A model generated the notes under the pieces. That model did not search any database. It was not told the origin of the DNA and was given only the letters and a program-made list of their open reading frames with translations. DNA of 64,000 bases from Glaucostegus cemiculus. Lineage: Eukaryota. Below are positions 14,179-27,896 of the stretch, piece by piece; positions within the stretch are counted from its first letter, which is position 1, and the number at the start of each line of letters is the position of its first letter. The translations under genes and the position numbers were made by a program. The stretch covers positions 4,898,001 to 4,962,000 of the forward strand of contig CDPCPM010000044.1 in the NCBI GenBank assembly GCA_976551045.1, read 5' to 3'.

Positions 14179-14639
14179 AACAGAGATGCAAACAAATTGA
14201 GAAACAGCAATTAACAGTAATGTCTGGTACATTTGGACCTTGGATTAAAAGCATACCAAATGAGTCCACCAATTATTTTCAGACTGCACTCATAACTAAG
14301 TATGTAAAGGGAAACGAGAAATAACGATCAGAATGTGAAAAAGATGCAACAAAATGGGTGAAAGATTAGAAAGATCTTACAAATCGGAGAACACTGACTA
14401 AATTGACTATCATTCAAGAAATTTCTAGTGATTCTGTCATAATTATTGTCATTTTGTATACACCTCCTCATGCATCAGTGACACATCAGCATCAAGCGTG
14501 ACTGGCATGATATGAAGTGGCTAAGTATCACAGCAGAATTTCATACTAGAAATAAAAAGCAAATGGTTACCTTGAAATGTTAAATCTGGAATATTACTTC
14601 TGCATTCAAGTGAAGTACAAAGCACTTGTTTATTCTTGT

Positions 14640-14790
14640 CTTACGGTGCAGCAGGAAGCCATTGAACCCATCATCTCCGATTGTCCCATTCCCCCCCACT
14701 TATTGTCCTGTAAATAATTCTTTCTCACATACACATCAACTCCCTTTTCCTCCTGCCACCCTCCTACTCTTGGAGAATGTATAATAATCA
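14640..14790 (-). mobile_element. SINE/CR1 3' tail fragment
   Basis: Similar to the tail portion of the SINE at 8875-9100. Confidence 0.5.
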
Positions 14791-15039
14791 ATAAAACATG
14801 AATTTTTTTAGCAGGATGCCTGAATGTTAGTTGCAGAGTCAGTTATTGATAAAAGAAACATTTTTCTTTCTACTTTTCTCTGCGGATGTTGAGGTCATGT
14901 CCTATTTTACTGAGCAAAGAGGCTAATTGTAGTATCTCAACTGTCGCCTCAGCAAGAAGGAAACAAATGGCATATATTGAATCCTATATTGAAGGGCAGG
15001 ACTAAAGAGGTTTTGAAAATTGGTTTGACAGTATCTTCT

Positions 15040-15330
15040 GGAAGCCAATTGTACACTAGTGTAGAATTTAAAATTTGGTGTGGAATATGGCAGGCAACTG
15101 ATCTAACTGGTCATTTTATATCATTGTTCAAGATATATTTCTCCTTCATGAAGTCTTCCTGTAATTATATGGGGTGGTTGTGAACCCAGAGCTGATGTAC
15201 TGTGCATTTTAGAATCCTTACCTAAGGAAGAGCATACTTGCCTTAAGGGAAATTCAGCAAAGGTTTTCCAGGATGAGGGTATTATCCCAGGAGAAGTTAA
15301 ATAGACTACAGTGCAGTTTAGTGGGTAACA
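15040..15330 (+). mobile_element. Old CR1 fragment
   Basis: Degenerate match to the [25 protein letters not shown]..QRRF coding region. Confidence 0.45.
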
Positions 15331-15555
15331 TTTTTGTTTGTGCATCAGATAGTTGTGGCTTCCAGTTTCACTCCAGAAACCTGAAGACGTTTCAGTGCTG
15401 TATGAAGGAATGCTGCACTGTTGGAGATGTTGTCTTTCAGCTGCCTTGTTTATCCTCCCAAGTACATTAAAAGATCTCGGTGCATTACTTCGCAGAGGAG
15501 TCATTTATGTCCAATTTTATTCCCAGAACTATCATCACAGTGGTACATTATCCAA

Positions 15556-15717
15556 AGGCAGAATATTGAAACAAAATGGAAAATGTTAAGCAACATCTGT
15601 GGAGAGAGAAAGGGAGTTAATGTTCCAGATGGATGAAAAGTCATTGACTTGGAATGTGAACTCTTTAACTCCCCACACATGCTGCCGGACATGGTATCCC
15701 CAGCATGTTCTGTTTTC
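15556..15717. mobile_element. Palindromic Penelope-like terminal element
   Basis: gcaacatctgtggagagagaaagggagttaatgttcc...ggaatgtgaactctttaactccccacacatgctgcc imperfect palindrome; same family as 59108-59312 and 63645-63820. Confidence 0.6.
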
Positions 15718-15925
15718 AGAATCAGAATCAGGTTTATTATCACTGACTTAAATGATGTGAAATTTGTTGTTTTGTGGCAACAGTACAGTGCAAAGACATG
15801 AAAATACTATAAATTACAAAAATAAGTAAATAGTCCAAAAAGACAGAATAATGAGGTAGTGTTCATCTGGTTATGGACTGTTCAGAAATCTGATGGTGAA
15901 GAAGCTGTTCCTGAATTGTTGATCA
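15716..15925 (-). mobile_element. Rex1/Babar LINE 3' end
   Basis: (tcagaa)n tail plus tttattatcactgac; aligns by eye with the 3' UTR of the copy at 58250-58925. Confidence 0.75.
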
Positions 15926-16100
15926 TTGAATCGTTGCTTTATTACAGAGGTAGATTATTTGCTCATGAGCACATTTCTGCTTGTGGGAGCTTGCTGTGCA
16001 TATAGTGTGTGAAGGTGGCATTGAAACAGAGATCAAGTGTGATATTGAACAGCCCAAAGAGCTTTTTGTCCTTTCTTGCTACTATTTCTTGAGCTCTTAC

Positions 16101-16234
16101 ATTTCTATCATACAATTCTGAGGCTGGAATGGATTTGTCCACATAAGCAAAGTGCTGTCCCCATGGGTGACTGTACCCATGGTTATTTGGTAAGACGTTT
16201 TTCAGTGTGCATATATCACATGTCATATCTATAT
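16101..16234 (-). CDS. Putative internal exon of the antisense ORF
   Basis: Acceptor ctctaaaaatatag, donor AAT|gtaaga; phase 1-0, IDMTCDICTLKNVLPNNHGYSHPWGQHFAYVDKSIPASELYDRN. Confidence 0.2.
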
Positions 16235-17519
16235 CTATATTTTTAGAGTTAAGAATAAAATATTTCATGAATAAAATAAAAGGGAATCAATTGCACAATC
16301 ATCATAATTCTGGAAAATCAGCTGTAAGCACAAAGATATGTATGGCCTCTCCTAAGACCCTTTGTTTGTGTGTGACGCTCTCACTCAGTGGAGCATATGT
16401 GTCCTGTGAAATTGGCTGACTACACGTCATCCAGTTTCATGTAAGAGAAAGTTTTTATTCCATTGTGGTCATGCCATATTGTAGAGGCCTCATTAGTCCC
16501 TAAATACATGCTAATAAATACTAAATATTCCAATGCAGCATTCCTTTACTGCAGGAGAATTTTTCACTGGCTGTGAAAGCATTTAAAATGGCTGTGTGTG
16601 GCCTTTCAGGCTTCTCACTGCAGACACTGACTCAGAAGGGACTGCTGGTTAGACTTTGTAATTTCTTCATCCTCAATGTGATTTGCTTTATTCATTTTGT
16701 CTCTGCTTTCTTCAATTATTCCTTTTAATGATAATATCTATTAGTTTTCTATTCTCGGCACCTTTTCCATCTTGTTTGCTGCTTTTCTGTATTTTCTATT
16801 TAGCACTTCATCTTCTTTCATATTTATTATTTGTGAGTCCTACGACTCTTCCTTAGGATTCAGTTTACTTTGAATGTCACAGTTCATCCAGGCACTTCTG
16901 ACCTGCCCCTTTTACTGCTCATGGGAATAGATTTAATTTCTTCTAAATGGTTCAGGGCCAGGGATCTGTAGGCTGCCTAAAGCAGCTTTTCTGCATCTCC
17001 AGGAAAAGCAGAAAATAGGCTAATAATGGAGAATGTGCTGGCTGGTGTCTTTACACAGAACCTCCCACAGGCAGGTTGTAATGATCAGAATCTCTTCCTT
17101 GCCTTGATTCAGGACAGGTTCAGGATTGGAACCTTTCTTATTATCAGCCATCATGCTGTTGGTAGAAACACGATTCCTATCAGTCAGCGGAGGAGTGGAA
17201 GCGGAAGACAACAGAGGGCAGAGCCTGGGGTCCTGATACAGACTTCAGAGTAATTTGCTGGGATGCTTGGGGGTTTGCTCTTCCTCAGAATTGGCAAATT
17301 CTATAAACCTTCTGTGCCTTGGGCATCAGGAAGGTATTCCTGATGTGTCCGAGACCTCTCACTATCTCTGCAATGTTCTGCAGACATGATCTGGCAGAGC
17401 ACAAGACTGCTTTCTCTCATCAACAATTGTTCCAGCAAGACTTCTGTAATCTCTTCAGTGAAGAGAGACACTGCAGAATCACAGATTGATTACAGACAAG
17501 AGGGCAGGCAAGACTGTAT

Positions 17520-19060
17520 GAGCAATCCTACAAGTTCCACTCCCCACCTTCTCCCACAAACACTGTAAATCCTTTTTTTCACTACCTATCCAGCTTCCAT
17601 TTGAATGCTGCAAGTGAATGTGCCTCCAATGCTACCTCTGGCAGCGCATTACAGGCTTCAGCCACTCACTGTATTAAAAATCTTTACTTGTATCACGTTC
17701 GGTTCTTTTATTGGTCAGCTCCATTCTATGACCCCTACTTTTTGACCTCTTTGCCAATGGAAGCAGGTTCTCTGTATCTAGCCATTCTTTGTCCTTCATG
17801 ATTTTTAAATATCTCAGTCAGATCTCCTTGCAACCTCCAGAATTGGGTGCCATACTTCAGTTTTGGCTGTACCATCATTTTCTAAAAGTTCATCATGACT
17901 TCCTTGCCCTGGTATATCATACCTATTTTTTAAATCTAGGATCTCATTAGTTTTTTGTCATAAAAATTGCCCTGCTCCATTCAACAAACTATGTGCACAC
18001 TCCCAGGTCACTCTGTACATGTACTCCTTTTAGAATTGTGCCTGCTAGTTTATATTGTCTCTTATTCTTCCCACCAAAAATCAACACCTTACATTTCTCA
18101 GCATTAAATTTCATTTGCTACCTATCTGCCCATTTTCCAAGCCTGTCTATTTCCCCTTGAAGTCTATTACCATTCTGCTCACAGTCACAACATCTCTTAG
18201 TTTTGTGCCATCTGCACTTTTGGAAATTGTGTCCTGTATGCCTAGCTTCAAATCATTAGCATTTATTAAGTAAAGCATTGTGCCTAGTACTGGCACCTTT
18301 GGAATTACACTGCACACTTTCCTCCAGTCCAAAAAGACAACCTTTCACTACTACCCTATTTCCTGTTACTTAATCAATTTTCATTCCGTGCTGCTGCAGC
18401 TCCTTTTATTCTGTGCCTTTCAGTCTTAATGACCAATCTATTACGTGCCACCTCATCAAATGATTTTTTGAAGTCTCTATATACTACATCAATTGCCCTC
18501 CCCTTGTTGACCATCTTTGTTACTTTAAAAAACACCATTAATTTAGTACTACATGATTTTTGTAATCAATCCACACTTGTTCCAGTGATTGCTAATTCTT
18601 TCCCTGATGATTACTTCTAAAATTTTCACCACCAAGGTTAAACCAACTGGTCCATAGTTACTGGGTTTATCCCCACAAAATTTTTGAACAAGACTGTGAC
18701 ATTTGCAATTTTTCAGTCCTCAGACATCACCTTTGAATCAGTATATCTTGGAAGGTTATAATCAGGGCCTCTGCAATTTTCTCCTTTACTTCCCTCAGCA
18801 ACTGATGATGTACCCCATCTGGACCAGCTGATTTATCCACTTAAGTGCTGCAAGCCTTTCTAGTACCTACCCTTTATCAAATTTTAAATCATTCCAGCAG
18901 CACTTTCTACCTTCAATAAGGAATCTACCTTCAATAAGATTGAAGTCTTCAATCTGATGCAAAGTATTTATTAACTACCTCATCCATTCTTTCCGTGTCC
19001 ATGAGTACATTTTCTGCTTGCTTTCCAATCAGTCCTATTACTACCTTTCCATGGTCATAC
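17520..19060 (-). mobile_element. Old CR1 LINE fragment (RT region to 3' end)
   Basis: Minus peptide VCSVIPKVPVLG..LYLINANDL...ISKSADGTKL, a decayed SGVPQGSVLG...SKFADDTKL. Confidence 0.8.
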
Positions 19061-21379
19061 GCCCATCTACTTGATACCCTCCACCAATGAAAAGACAAGG
19101 TAACACTCCACTTTCAGTGCAGCCTTCCTAAAAGCCATCCCAGCTTCTGATTACCTACCTCCTCCCAACAGGGGAATAAAATTTGCAGGAAAAAATATTA
19201 ATGTGCCCATATATTGGATGGCAAATGCCACATTTTTGTGTGCTATACAATCCAATTTCAATGAAAGTGCAATTATTTGTAAATGGAGTCTATGGGTTGA
19301 ATAAAACCCATGAGCTTGGTTCAGAGGATACCAGACACATGCAGGTCTGGCAAGGCTGGGTACCACAGCGGCTGGTCACTCATGCAGAGCAGGACTCTGC
19401 GTGAATTAAAGGGGATTCTGGACTCTCTCTTGGTTTAGATTTAGATAGCTTCTCTTTAAGGCAATTAATGGCTCTCCTGAGGATTCCCCCTCATGGAACA
19501 ACTCTCCACCCCACCATCAGCCGTATACAACTCCCCCACCCTCTCATGTGTTGACTGATCCCTTCAGGCCTCGTCACCAACCGTTGACCTTTTCTCCTGA
19601 CCATAAGCTCTTCTCACAACAGCCAATCCCCTGACCTACTCATCCCCACAACAACTGATAGCCCCCAAAAACCAATCTTATCTCTCACACTCATAGCAGC
19701 CATCCATTGACTCAACCCCTCTGCCATTGACTTCCACATTCTGATCTCTGACACCTCCCACCCTCCCCTACAATATCAGTGCCTTTCCCCCCTGCTTTCC
19801 AAGTCACATGACTTCTTTGTACACTAAGTGCTGATGTAAAGGAAAGACCTGTTCACTAATGTTTGCTGCCTTGATCCTCATGTGCCACTGAATTTGCTGC
19901 TGACTGGTCCACAGACAAAACATTTGTTGACCTACCATGAATTATCTGACTAATACACTGAAGAGACATTGATCAAATTCTATGGAAGAGAATCAAAACC
20001 AATTTCCATCAAAGCTTGGCTACCCTATAACCAGCTCAGGGGATCAGATGCATGGTTGTCGACTTTTTTATTACTCTGGGATCAAAGGTTATTGTTAAGA
20101 TGAAAGTTCATACTTTTTCCTGCTCTGTTCAAGGAAAGATTGGTCTGCCAGCTTATTATGTGGATGTGGAAGACATGATGATTGCGAAAATGAACTACTA
20201 AGTAGATTGCTGTGTCATTTTATGTTCTGGCATGTTTGTCTGCTATTCTTGCACAATCTACAACCAGGATGGGAAAGAGATGCTAACAGTGTATGAATGG
20301 CTCTATGGCATGGGCTGCTTTCCCATTTGATGTCCATGATAATTATTATTAATACAACTCATTGGTTTCTTTCATGGTTGCTTCAGCTGCTTTGTCAGCA
20401 AATTACAATTCTTAATATCTCCCCTTGTGGCTAGGCCCCTGGCATGGATTCATAGAAATGTATGGTGCAGCCCACTGTGTCCACTCTGGGTTATTCAGGC
20501 TATTCCCACATCGCAGCTCTTTGTCCATGGCTTTGTAGGTTAATGCATATTGAATAAGATAAACTGATGCATCAAATTATACCTTTGTAGATAAAAATGT
20601 ACTAACATAGATGTGATTCTTAATTAGACTTTTCAAAGGTCATTGAACAGCAGAACTAGGAGTGCAAATTTGAGGTTTTATATTACATTGGATTATAAGA
20701 ATAAGACACACAATCTAAACATTAAAGCACATATCGAATCTAGTTTTAAGCATCTATGAGGTGAAATGTTATTTTAATCAATAATGTTAGAAAAGAAATG
20801 AGCCTGTGTGATGAAATAATATTTTTAAATAGCGGGTTACTAATTTCTTTGAAAATAATGTGAGAATTCTTTTTTGTCCTGTTGCCAAAATTGTCTCAAA
20901 AATGAGTGCAATGCAGAGAAAAACAGGCACCAATCCTGTGCTCCTCTTCTGCTCATGAATAGCATTGCAGACAAACTCTGCTCCTGGGATTTTCTAGTGA
21001 ATATACATATTGGTACATGAAGAGGGCTCACCAATTTACGTTAAATGCAAATCAACACTTAACACACATTTATTCAAATTGCCCTCAGAGAACCCTGGTG
21101 CTTTTGCTTCCTGAATCAGCTGGTTGTCTTGAGGGACAGGCTTTCTAATAAGAAAGGTCTTGTTTTTGACATTTACTGAACAGAAATCACTTTGCTGCTT
21201 CCTATAAAATTCTACTTGCATCAGAATCAGCTCCACTTTACCTTACATTGAGTAAGTGAAACCTTGATGTCAAATATTCACAGCAGTGTCATTTTTCATG
21301 CCTGTAATCACTTTCAGAACTTCTTCAGAAAGCTTTTAATCTCTTACCACCCATAATACCACCCAACCCCACCCCCATA

Positions 21380-21850
21380 AAATTTGTCATTTGAAATCTC
21401 TGCTGTCTATTGCCATTCTATCATTCAGCCCTTCCCCTCTATACTCACTGATGTGCATTAGCTCCTGGCTAAGCAGCACAGTTGTAAAATTCTCATCCCT
21501 GTTTTTGGGTGCCCACAGGGCTTCCTACCTCCTTATCACGGTAACCTCATCTAGCCCTTCAACTCAACAAAATGTCTTGCACTCCTCCAATTCTAGCCAC
21601 TTCCTCATCGCTGTTTTTAATTGCTGCATTTTTGCTGGAAATAACCTCTAGCTAACTGAGGCCCAGGATCTGGAACTCCCTCCATTAAACTCTCTACCAG
21701 CCTCCTCCTCTAAGCTGTACCTTAAAACCTTGCTCTTTTCCCAAACTTTTTCTCATTAGTTGCGATATCATTTTATGTGTCATGGTTTCAAATTTTATCT
21801 GATAGTGTTCCTGTGAGGTATTGTGGCCTGATGTACAATGTTGAGCCTGC
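21380..21850 (+). mobile_element. Old L2 LINE 3' fragment
   Basis: aaaattctcatccctgtttt...gatctggaactccctcc...cttaaaacc...ctctttt resembles the L2 ORF2 C-terminus and 3' UTR. Confidence 0.5.
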
Positions 21851-23059
21851 CACCTAAATGCAAGTGGTGGTTGCCACATCATTTCAAGGCAAACTGCATT
21901 GTCCTTCAACCACTTTCTTGAATGTTCCTAGCTTTGCAGGCATCCCAATCAATACAAATCACATTCACAGGACATGGAACATTCAAACAAACCTACCAGA
22001 TAAGTTAGAATATTTCATATGTGCAAATAAACATGAAATCTTTCCACGTATTATCAGAAGCTTTCAAAATAAAAATATTAGACTGGGAATCCAGCCATGC
22101 AATTTATTAAACATTACACAAATGAAAATTTCCAGAGCAGAATCAATTGTGTTTGGAATCCATCCACTCAATAAACTTTACCAGCCACTTCCAGTCACCA
22201 TTCGCATTAGTGAAGATAATGTGACTTTTATCTAAGATAAGCACAGCCTGACAATGCCCCCATGCCAAGTGACTCTGGGAAATGATGTCTTGGTGTCCTG
22301 TAATCCATGGAACAACAGAGTTCACAGAGCACTGCTTGATCTGCAGGAACGTAACTTAAGTGGGGACTAATGGAGCAGGTCCAAGACTGACGAGAATTTG
22401 ACTTGGCTTGTTCCCCTTTAATCTAATAATTTACCAGTTCCCCGTGGGCCATCCCTCATTCCGCCCCCACCCTTTCCCCCACGCTAATGACTCTTGGCTG
22501 TTGCCCTAAACCACTAAACAGGCAATAACATCTCTCACAGATCACCTTCTCAGCAGGATACAATCTGCAACTCATTTTGACACACAGGTCCCAATATGCA
22601 CTACCCCCAACTTCCATGGCTACTAATGGACTCCTGACACCCAACTGCCAATCTTCCCCCCACTCCTTCCCAAGCTCAGGACCCAACTGAGCTTCTGACA
22701 CTGCCCTAACCGCTATTCCACTTCCTTTGTCTTCTGTCACTTAACTAATTTCATAATTATATCAACAAATTTCTGCGAAATCCATGAACTTTTACACTGG
22801 CTGAAGACTTTTGTGAAGGATTTTGTAAAGTGGCTTCTGGAAGTGCATACTAATAATGACCCAATCCAACTTTGGACTTGCCTCTCGAGACCCAGGCTCA
22901 AATCAGACTTCCGACCCAGTCCCTCGCCTCCTTTCTCCCACAATACCCATGGATCTCGGGTGTGGAGGGTCAACAACCAAATGGTCATAGACTCACTGTC
23001 AACAACTCTTTCACAACTCTCTGTAACATGGATGTACTATTGGTCTTTTACACAAAGTA

Positions 23060-23240
23060 CAAGAAAATAAGAGCAGGAGTAGATCATTTGGCCCCTCAAG
23101 CCTCCACCACCATGATCATGGCTGATCTGCTGTATGCCTCAACTCCTCTTCCATGCCAATTCCCCATTCCCCTAATTCCCTGATCTTTCCAATATTTATT
23201 TCCCTATTCTTTCAATACCTAGAGTACCTCTAATACCTTC
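23060..23240 (-). mobile_element. CR1 3' tail
   Basis: gagcaggagtagatcatttggcccctcaagcct...gatcatggctgatctg motif, also seen at 37070-37105. Confidence 0.65.
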
Positions 23241-23534
23241 AACTATGAATATCTTCTTTTGGGTTACCACCCAAAGTCTCTTTAAGCATGCCACTTTTCC
23301 ATTAAGCCTCAAACACTGTCCAGGTTTAATCCTGATTGATGTTTCCCAAAACTAGCCCTGGTGTAAAATTGTTTCACGGCAATGAGATGTATCAGGAAGA
23401 TGGAATGCCAAAAAAGAAATAAATAAGAGCATTTAAATTGATTTCATTTAGCATCCATACTGTTACCAGAGAAGGAATCATTAGAGAGTTGCTAGCAGTA
23501 GCTGCATGCTTTGCATGTTGGCTGACTTGTACTC

Positions 23535-23840
23535 ATGGAATCACGCAGTACAAAAACAGGCCTCTCGGCCCACTAAGTCTGTACTGGCCTGAAAGCACCC
23601 ATTTTCATTAATTCCACATTCCCATCAACTCCCCCTAGATTTTCACACTCAGTTCACACCAAGAACGATTTACAGTGGCCAATTAACAAACCAACTCACA
23701 CACCTTTGTGATGTGGGAGGAATCCCCTTGGTCATCGGGAGAATGTTCAAACTCCGCACATACAGCACCAGAGCTCAGAATTAAACCTGAATCAGTGAAG
23801 CTGTGACAGCAGCTCTACCAGCTACACCACTGTGCCTTCT
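23535..23840 (-). mobile_element. tRNA-derived SINE (HE1 type)
   Basis: Same core and tail as the copies at 5408 and 9810. Confidence 0.75.
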
Positions 23841-24919
23841 CTGAGCAAGTTTGAAGATATTAACAATCATGGAATCTAATGTATAGAGTGGACTGAGTGC
23901 AACTGGCAGCTGATAATCTTGCACACGTTCAACTTTAGTGATAAATATAAATTTCAGTCCCTTTAATTTTATTTGCTTTGTTTGTCTTTAGACTATACCT
24001 CCTGAGGCAATATGACTGTGTTGATGCATTGTGACACTCCATTCCTATTTCATTACAACAGTGATTACATTTCAAAGTGCCTCATTAGCTCGAAGGCTGC
24101 ATTTATGAAACCATGAACTAGGAGCAGGAGCAGACCACTTGGCCCATTGACACTGCTGATGTGAACCACAGTCCCACCAGTCTGCTGGTAACTTTGCACC
24201 TCCTTACCAAAAATCTATCTAACTTTGCCTTCAGAATATTCATACATAGCTTCCATTGTCCTTTGAGGAAAAGAGTTCCAAAGACTCACGATCTTCAATG
24301 AAAATATTTTGCCTCACCCCTGTGTTAAATGGGCCATCCCTTATTTTTAAACATTGACTCTTTGTTCTAAATTCTCTCGCAAGAGGAAACATCCTCTCTA
24401 CTTCCATCGTTTCAGGGCCCCTCAGTTTCAACCAGGTTCTTACTCTAGAAGTCCAGCATATACAAGCCTGGCTTGTTTCTCAAGGCAACCCGCACATGCT
24501 ACTTACTGGTCTTAAAAACTATTCTGAACTGCTTTCATTGCATGAACATCCTATCATAATAAGGAGACCAGTATTGTTCACATTGGTCTCCTCAATTCCC
24601 TGTATAACTGAAACATAATCTCCTTACTTTTTATATTCCATTTGATAGAGCTTTACTCGCTCACAACCTATCTATGCTGCTTCTTAGCTTACTTATATCC
24701 TCTACATCACTTACCTTCCTCCTTAGCTGTCAATCAAGTTTTGCAATCATGCCTTTGGTGTCTTCATCCAAGCCACTAATATAAATTGCAAAATGTTGAG
24801 GTCCTAGCACCAATCCCTCTGGCATACCACTTATTACATCTTCCCATCTAGAAAAAGACCTGCTCTCTGTTTCCTTTTAGCCAGCCAATCTTCTTTCTAC
24901 AATAAAATGTTACCTCCTA

Positions 24920-25455
24920 GGCCATGTTTTCTATGGAGTGGAGGAGTCTGAGGGGAGACCTGATGGAAGTAAACACAATTACAAGGGGTACTGATAGTAT
25001 AGATAGTAAGGACCTTTTCCCAATAACAGAGCAACCTAATGTTGCCTGGGATGGAGACCTTCAGTTATGTGAAGAGACTGGCTTTGTTCTCCCTCGAGCA
25101 GCGGCGGCTGGGGGGAGCCTGATGGAGGTGTACAAAATTTTAAGTGGGATGGACAGGATAGATAGTAAGGAATTTTTTCTTCTGGCAGAGTTTGCTAAAA
25201 GGTTTAGGGTGAAGGATAAGAGGTTTAGAGGTGATCTAAGGACAAACTTTTTCATCCAGAGAGTGGTTGGAATCTGGAATGCACTGCCTGAGGTGGTGGT
25301 GGAGGCAAAGACTCTCACAACATTTAAGAAGTATTTAGACAAGCACTTATATCACCTAGGCATAGAAGGTTACAGACTAATGGGATTGGAACTTGATAGT
25401 CATCATGGTCATGGTGGGCTGAAGAGCCTGTTTCTGTGCTTTATGACTGTATGAA
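24920..25455 (+). mobile_element. CR1 3' fragments (two tandem pieces)
   Basis: ORF 24924-25454 contains the LMEV..I..G.D.IDSK..F block twice, then FRGDLRTNFFIQRVVGIWNALP. Confidence 0.85.
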
Positions 25456-26049
25456 CTTTCATTTTCTGCAATAGCCTTTGATGCCACACATTTACAAATG
25501 GCTTCTTGAAATCTTAATACATCCACTGGTTCCCCATTATCCACAGCAGATGTTACTGCTTCAAAGAACTCTAATAAATTGGTCAAACATGATTTCCCTT
25601 TCATGAATCCATATTGACTTAGTCTGATTACCTTGATTTTTTTCTAAGTGCCTTTCTATAATGTTTTTAATGGTAGCTAACATTTTCCAAATGTTTTCTG
25701 CTTTCTGTCTCTATCCACTTTTCAATTCAGGAGTACCCTTTACTATTTTATAATTACATAGAACTTTCCCTGAATCTATGGAGCTTATGAAAATTAAAGC
25801 CAATGCCTCAGCTATCTCATTGGCTATTTCTTTTAAGATCCTAGGATGAAGTCCATCAGAATCTGGCATTTGCCAGCTCACAGCTCCAACAACTTGCTCA
25901 GTACCACTTCTCTGGTGATTGTAATTTTCTTCATTTCCTCATTTCCCTTTATTCCTGATTAACAGCTATTTCTGGATGTTACTTGTATCATCTCTCATGA
26001 AGGTTGATGCAAACTACCTGTTCATTTCATCTGCCATCCGCTTTCTGTG

Positions 26050-26410
26050 GGATAGCGCAATGACACAAGTAATAGAGCCACTGTTTCACAGTGGCAGAAA
26101 TGTGGGTTCAGTACTTAGATCGGGTGGTGTCTGTGCAGAGTTTGCACATTCTCCCTGTTTCATCCTGCATCTCAAAGACATGGGTTGGTAGGTAAATTGG
26201 CCGCTGTGAATTGCCCCTAGTGTGTAGGTGAGTGGCAGGATCTGAGTGGAGTTGATGAGAATGTGGGGAGAACAAAGCACAATGGGATTAATGTAGGATT
26301 TGTTAAATGGGTAGATTTGTTAAATGGATAAAAGGGTGGTTGATGATCAGCAAGGACTCAGTGAGCTGAAGGTCTTGTTTCCATGCTGTGTGACTGTATG
26401 AGTCTACAAG
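26050..26410 (+). mobile_element. tRNA-derived SINE (HE1 type)
   Basis: A/B-box-like head (tgggttcagtact), gagtttgcacattctccctg core, CR1-like tail. Confidence 0.75.
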
Positions 26411-27896
26411 GACCAATACTCACTTTAACTGTTTTTTAAATACCTGTGTAGTCTTCCCATTTTTTTACATTTTTGGCTAGCTTTATGTCACACTCTAATT
26501 TTTCCTTATCAGTGTTTTAGTCATTCTGTGCCAATTTTTATACTCTATCCAATCTTCTGGCCTGCCACTCATCTTTGTACATTGTCTTTAGGTTTGATAC
26601 AACTTTTTAAAATAAAATTGTAAGTGGCAAATCCTTCCCTTGGAATTTTTCTTTCTGGTTGGAATGTTTCTGTGTTCTGAAAGATCTTCTTATTTGTCTG
26701 CCAATGCATCTTGATTGACCAATCCTTTAAATTAATTTTCTAATTTACTTTAGTTCGCTCTGCTTTCACACCCCATATAAATGCAGTGTTTCCTTCCCTT
26801 TTTAAAGCAAAGCTGAAAATAAGAAAAAGTACAGCACGTTCATTGACACCTGAAAAGATAAAATGCATGTTTACAATTAGGATGGAGCCTCCTCGAAGGA
26901 CTAATATACAAAGGCACAGAGGCCCTTTATGAGACTGACAGAAGTAGAGCAGGTTTTGGAAGTAAAGCAGATAATCATCAGTTCAATTTACTGACTAACG
27001 GTACAAGTGGATTCAATAGTTTGTGAATTGGAAAGATATAATATTCCTATTTTTCCAGATTTTAATCTGGCACCTTAAACAATGAATGTGATTAAAATTC
27101 AACATTTTAAGGTACCGGCTTAAGTCATTAAGTGAAACAGATAATGACGAACACCAAGCTCAAGAGAAGAATCTGATCAATGCAGCTTGAAATTAATGTT
27201 GGGTATTCCTGTCTCAAATTGTCGTCAATTCCCAGCTTAATACAAAAAAGGGACTGACATTTCAGAGGCGTGCAATTTCATAAATTGGACTGCACGCAGA
27301 TACAAATAAATAACACAGTGATGCAATAGTTTATGGATAAAAGTATATTGGACCACCCACTGGTAAGTCATAAAGTATCTTCATAGGGAAGTTAAAGAAT
27401 GATCTAATCAAATGAGACTCTTAGGAAATTGGTGCGCTTTCTGGATGTTTTCCCATTAAGCCTGCATAATTGCATGTATCCAGATGACGTGTAAAGAAAC
27501 AGTAGACTCTCCGACAATCTTTCTGAAAATCCTGTGCTACTTTAATAGAGTAAGGCAGGAAATCAGCATCTGACCTTTAATGAGTTTTCATGCAGTAAGT
27601 GGTTCTCTCAACTCCAGTGTGCACATTCCTTTCACTTATTCTCTGACTGCAACTTGAATCCATTGAACACTTGTAACAATGTGTGGGTTGACAGCTAGGA
27701 GCTAAAGGGTGAAGAAAAAATGTAAGCTGTACAGATCACAGTGTTGGTTCATTTACTTTTTTGAAGGGGATTTTATCTCCTTGAGACTCATCCAGATTGG
27801 AAAGGTTTCTGCTTGCCTTGTGCCTGATGCTGGCCATCCTTTCTTTGTTTAAGTTCTGCTGTAGCAAGGGATCCAGCTTCCTGGTCTATTTCTCAT

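Larger units (their letters stand above)
24110..26780 (-). mobile_element. Old CR1 LINE interrupted by a + strand CR1 (24920-25455) and a SINE (26050-26410)
   Basis: Minus peptides MKGKSCLTNLLEFFEAVTSAVDNGEPVDV and VERMFPLAREFRTK. Confidence 0.85.

Noticed and set aside
14036-14324. ORFs with SL or ER repeats
   Set aside because: Caused by the (GA)n microsatellite.
16600-16900. Purine-rich minus-strand stretch with an exon-like piece
   Set aside because: Looks like decayed CR1 coding sequence, and its phase does not fit the neighbouring candidate exon.
24924-25454. 176-aa ORF
   Set aside because: Chimera of two CR1 ORF2 C-terminal fragments, not a host gene.
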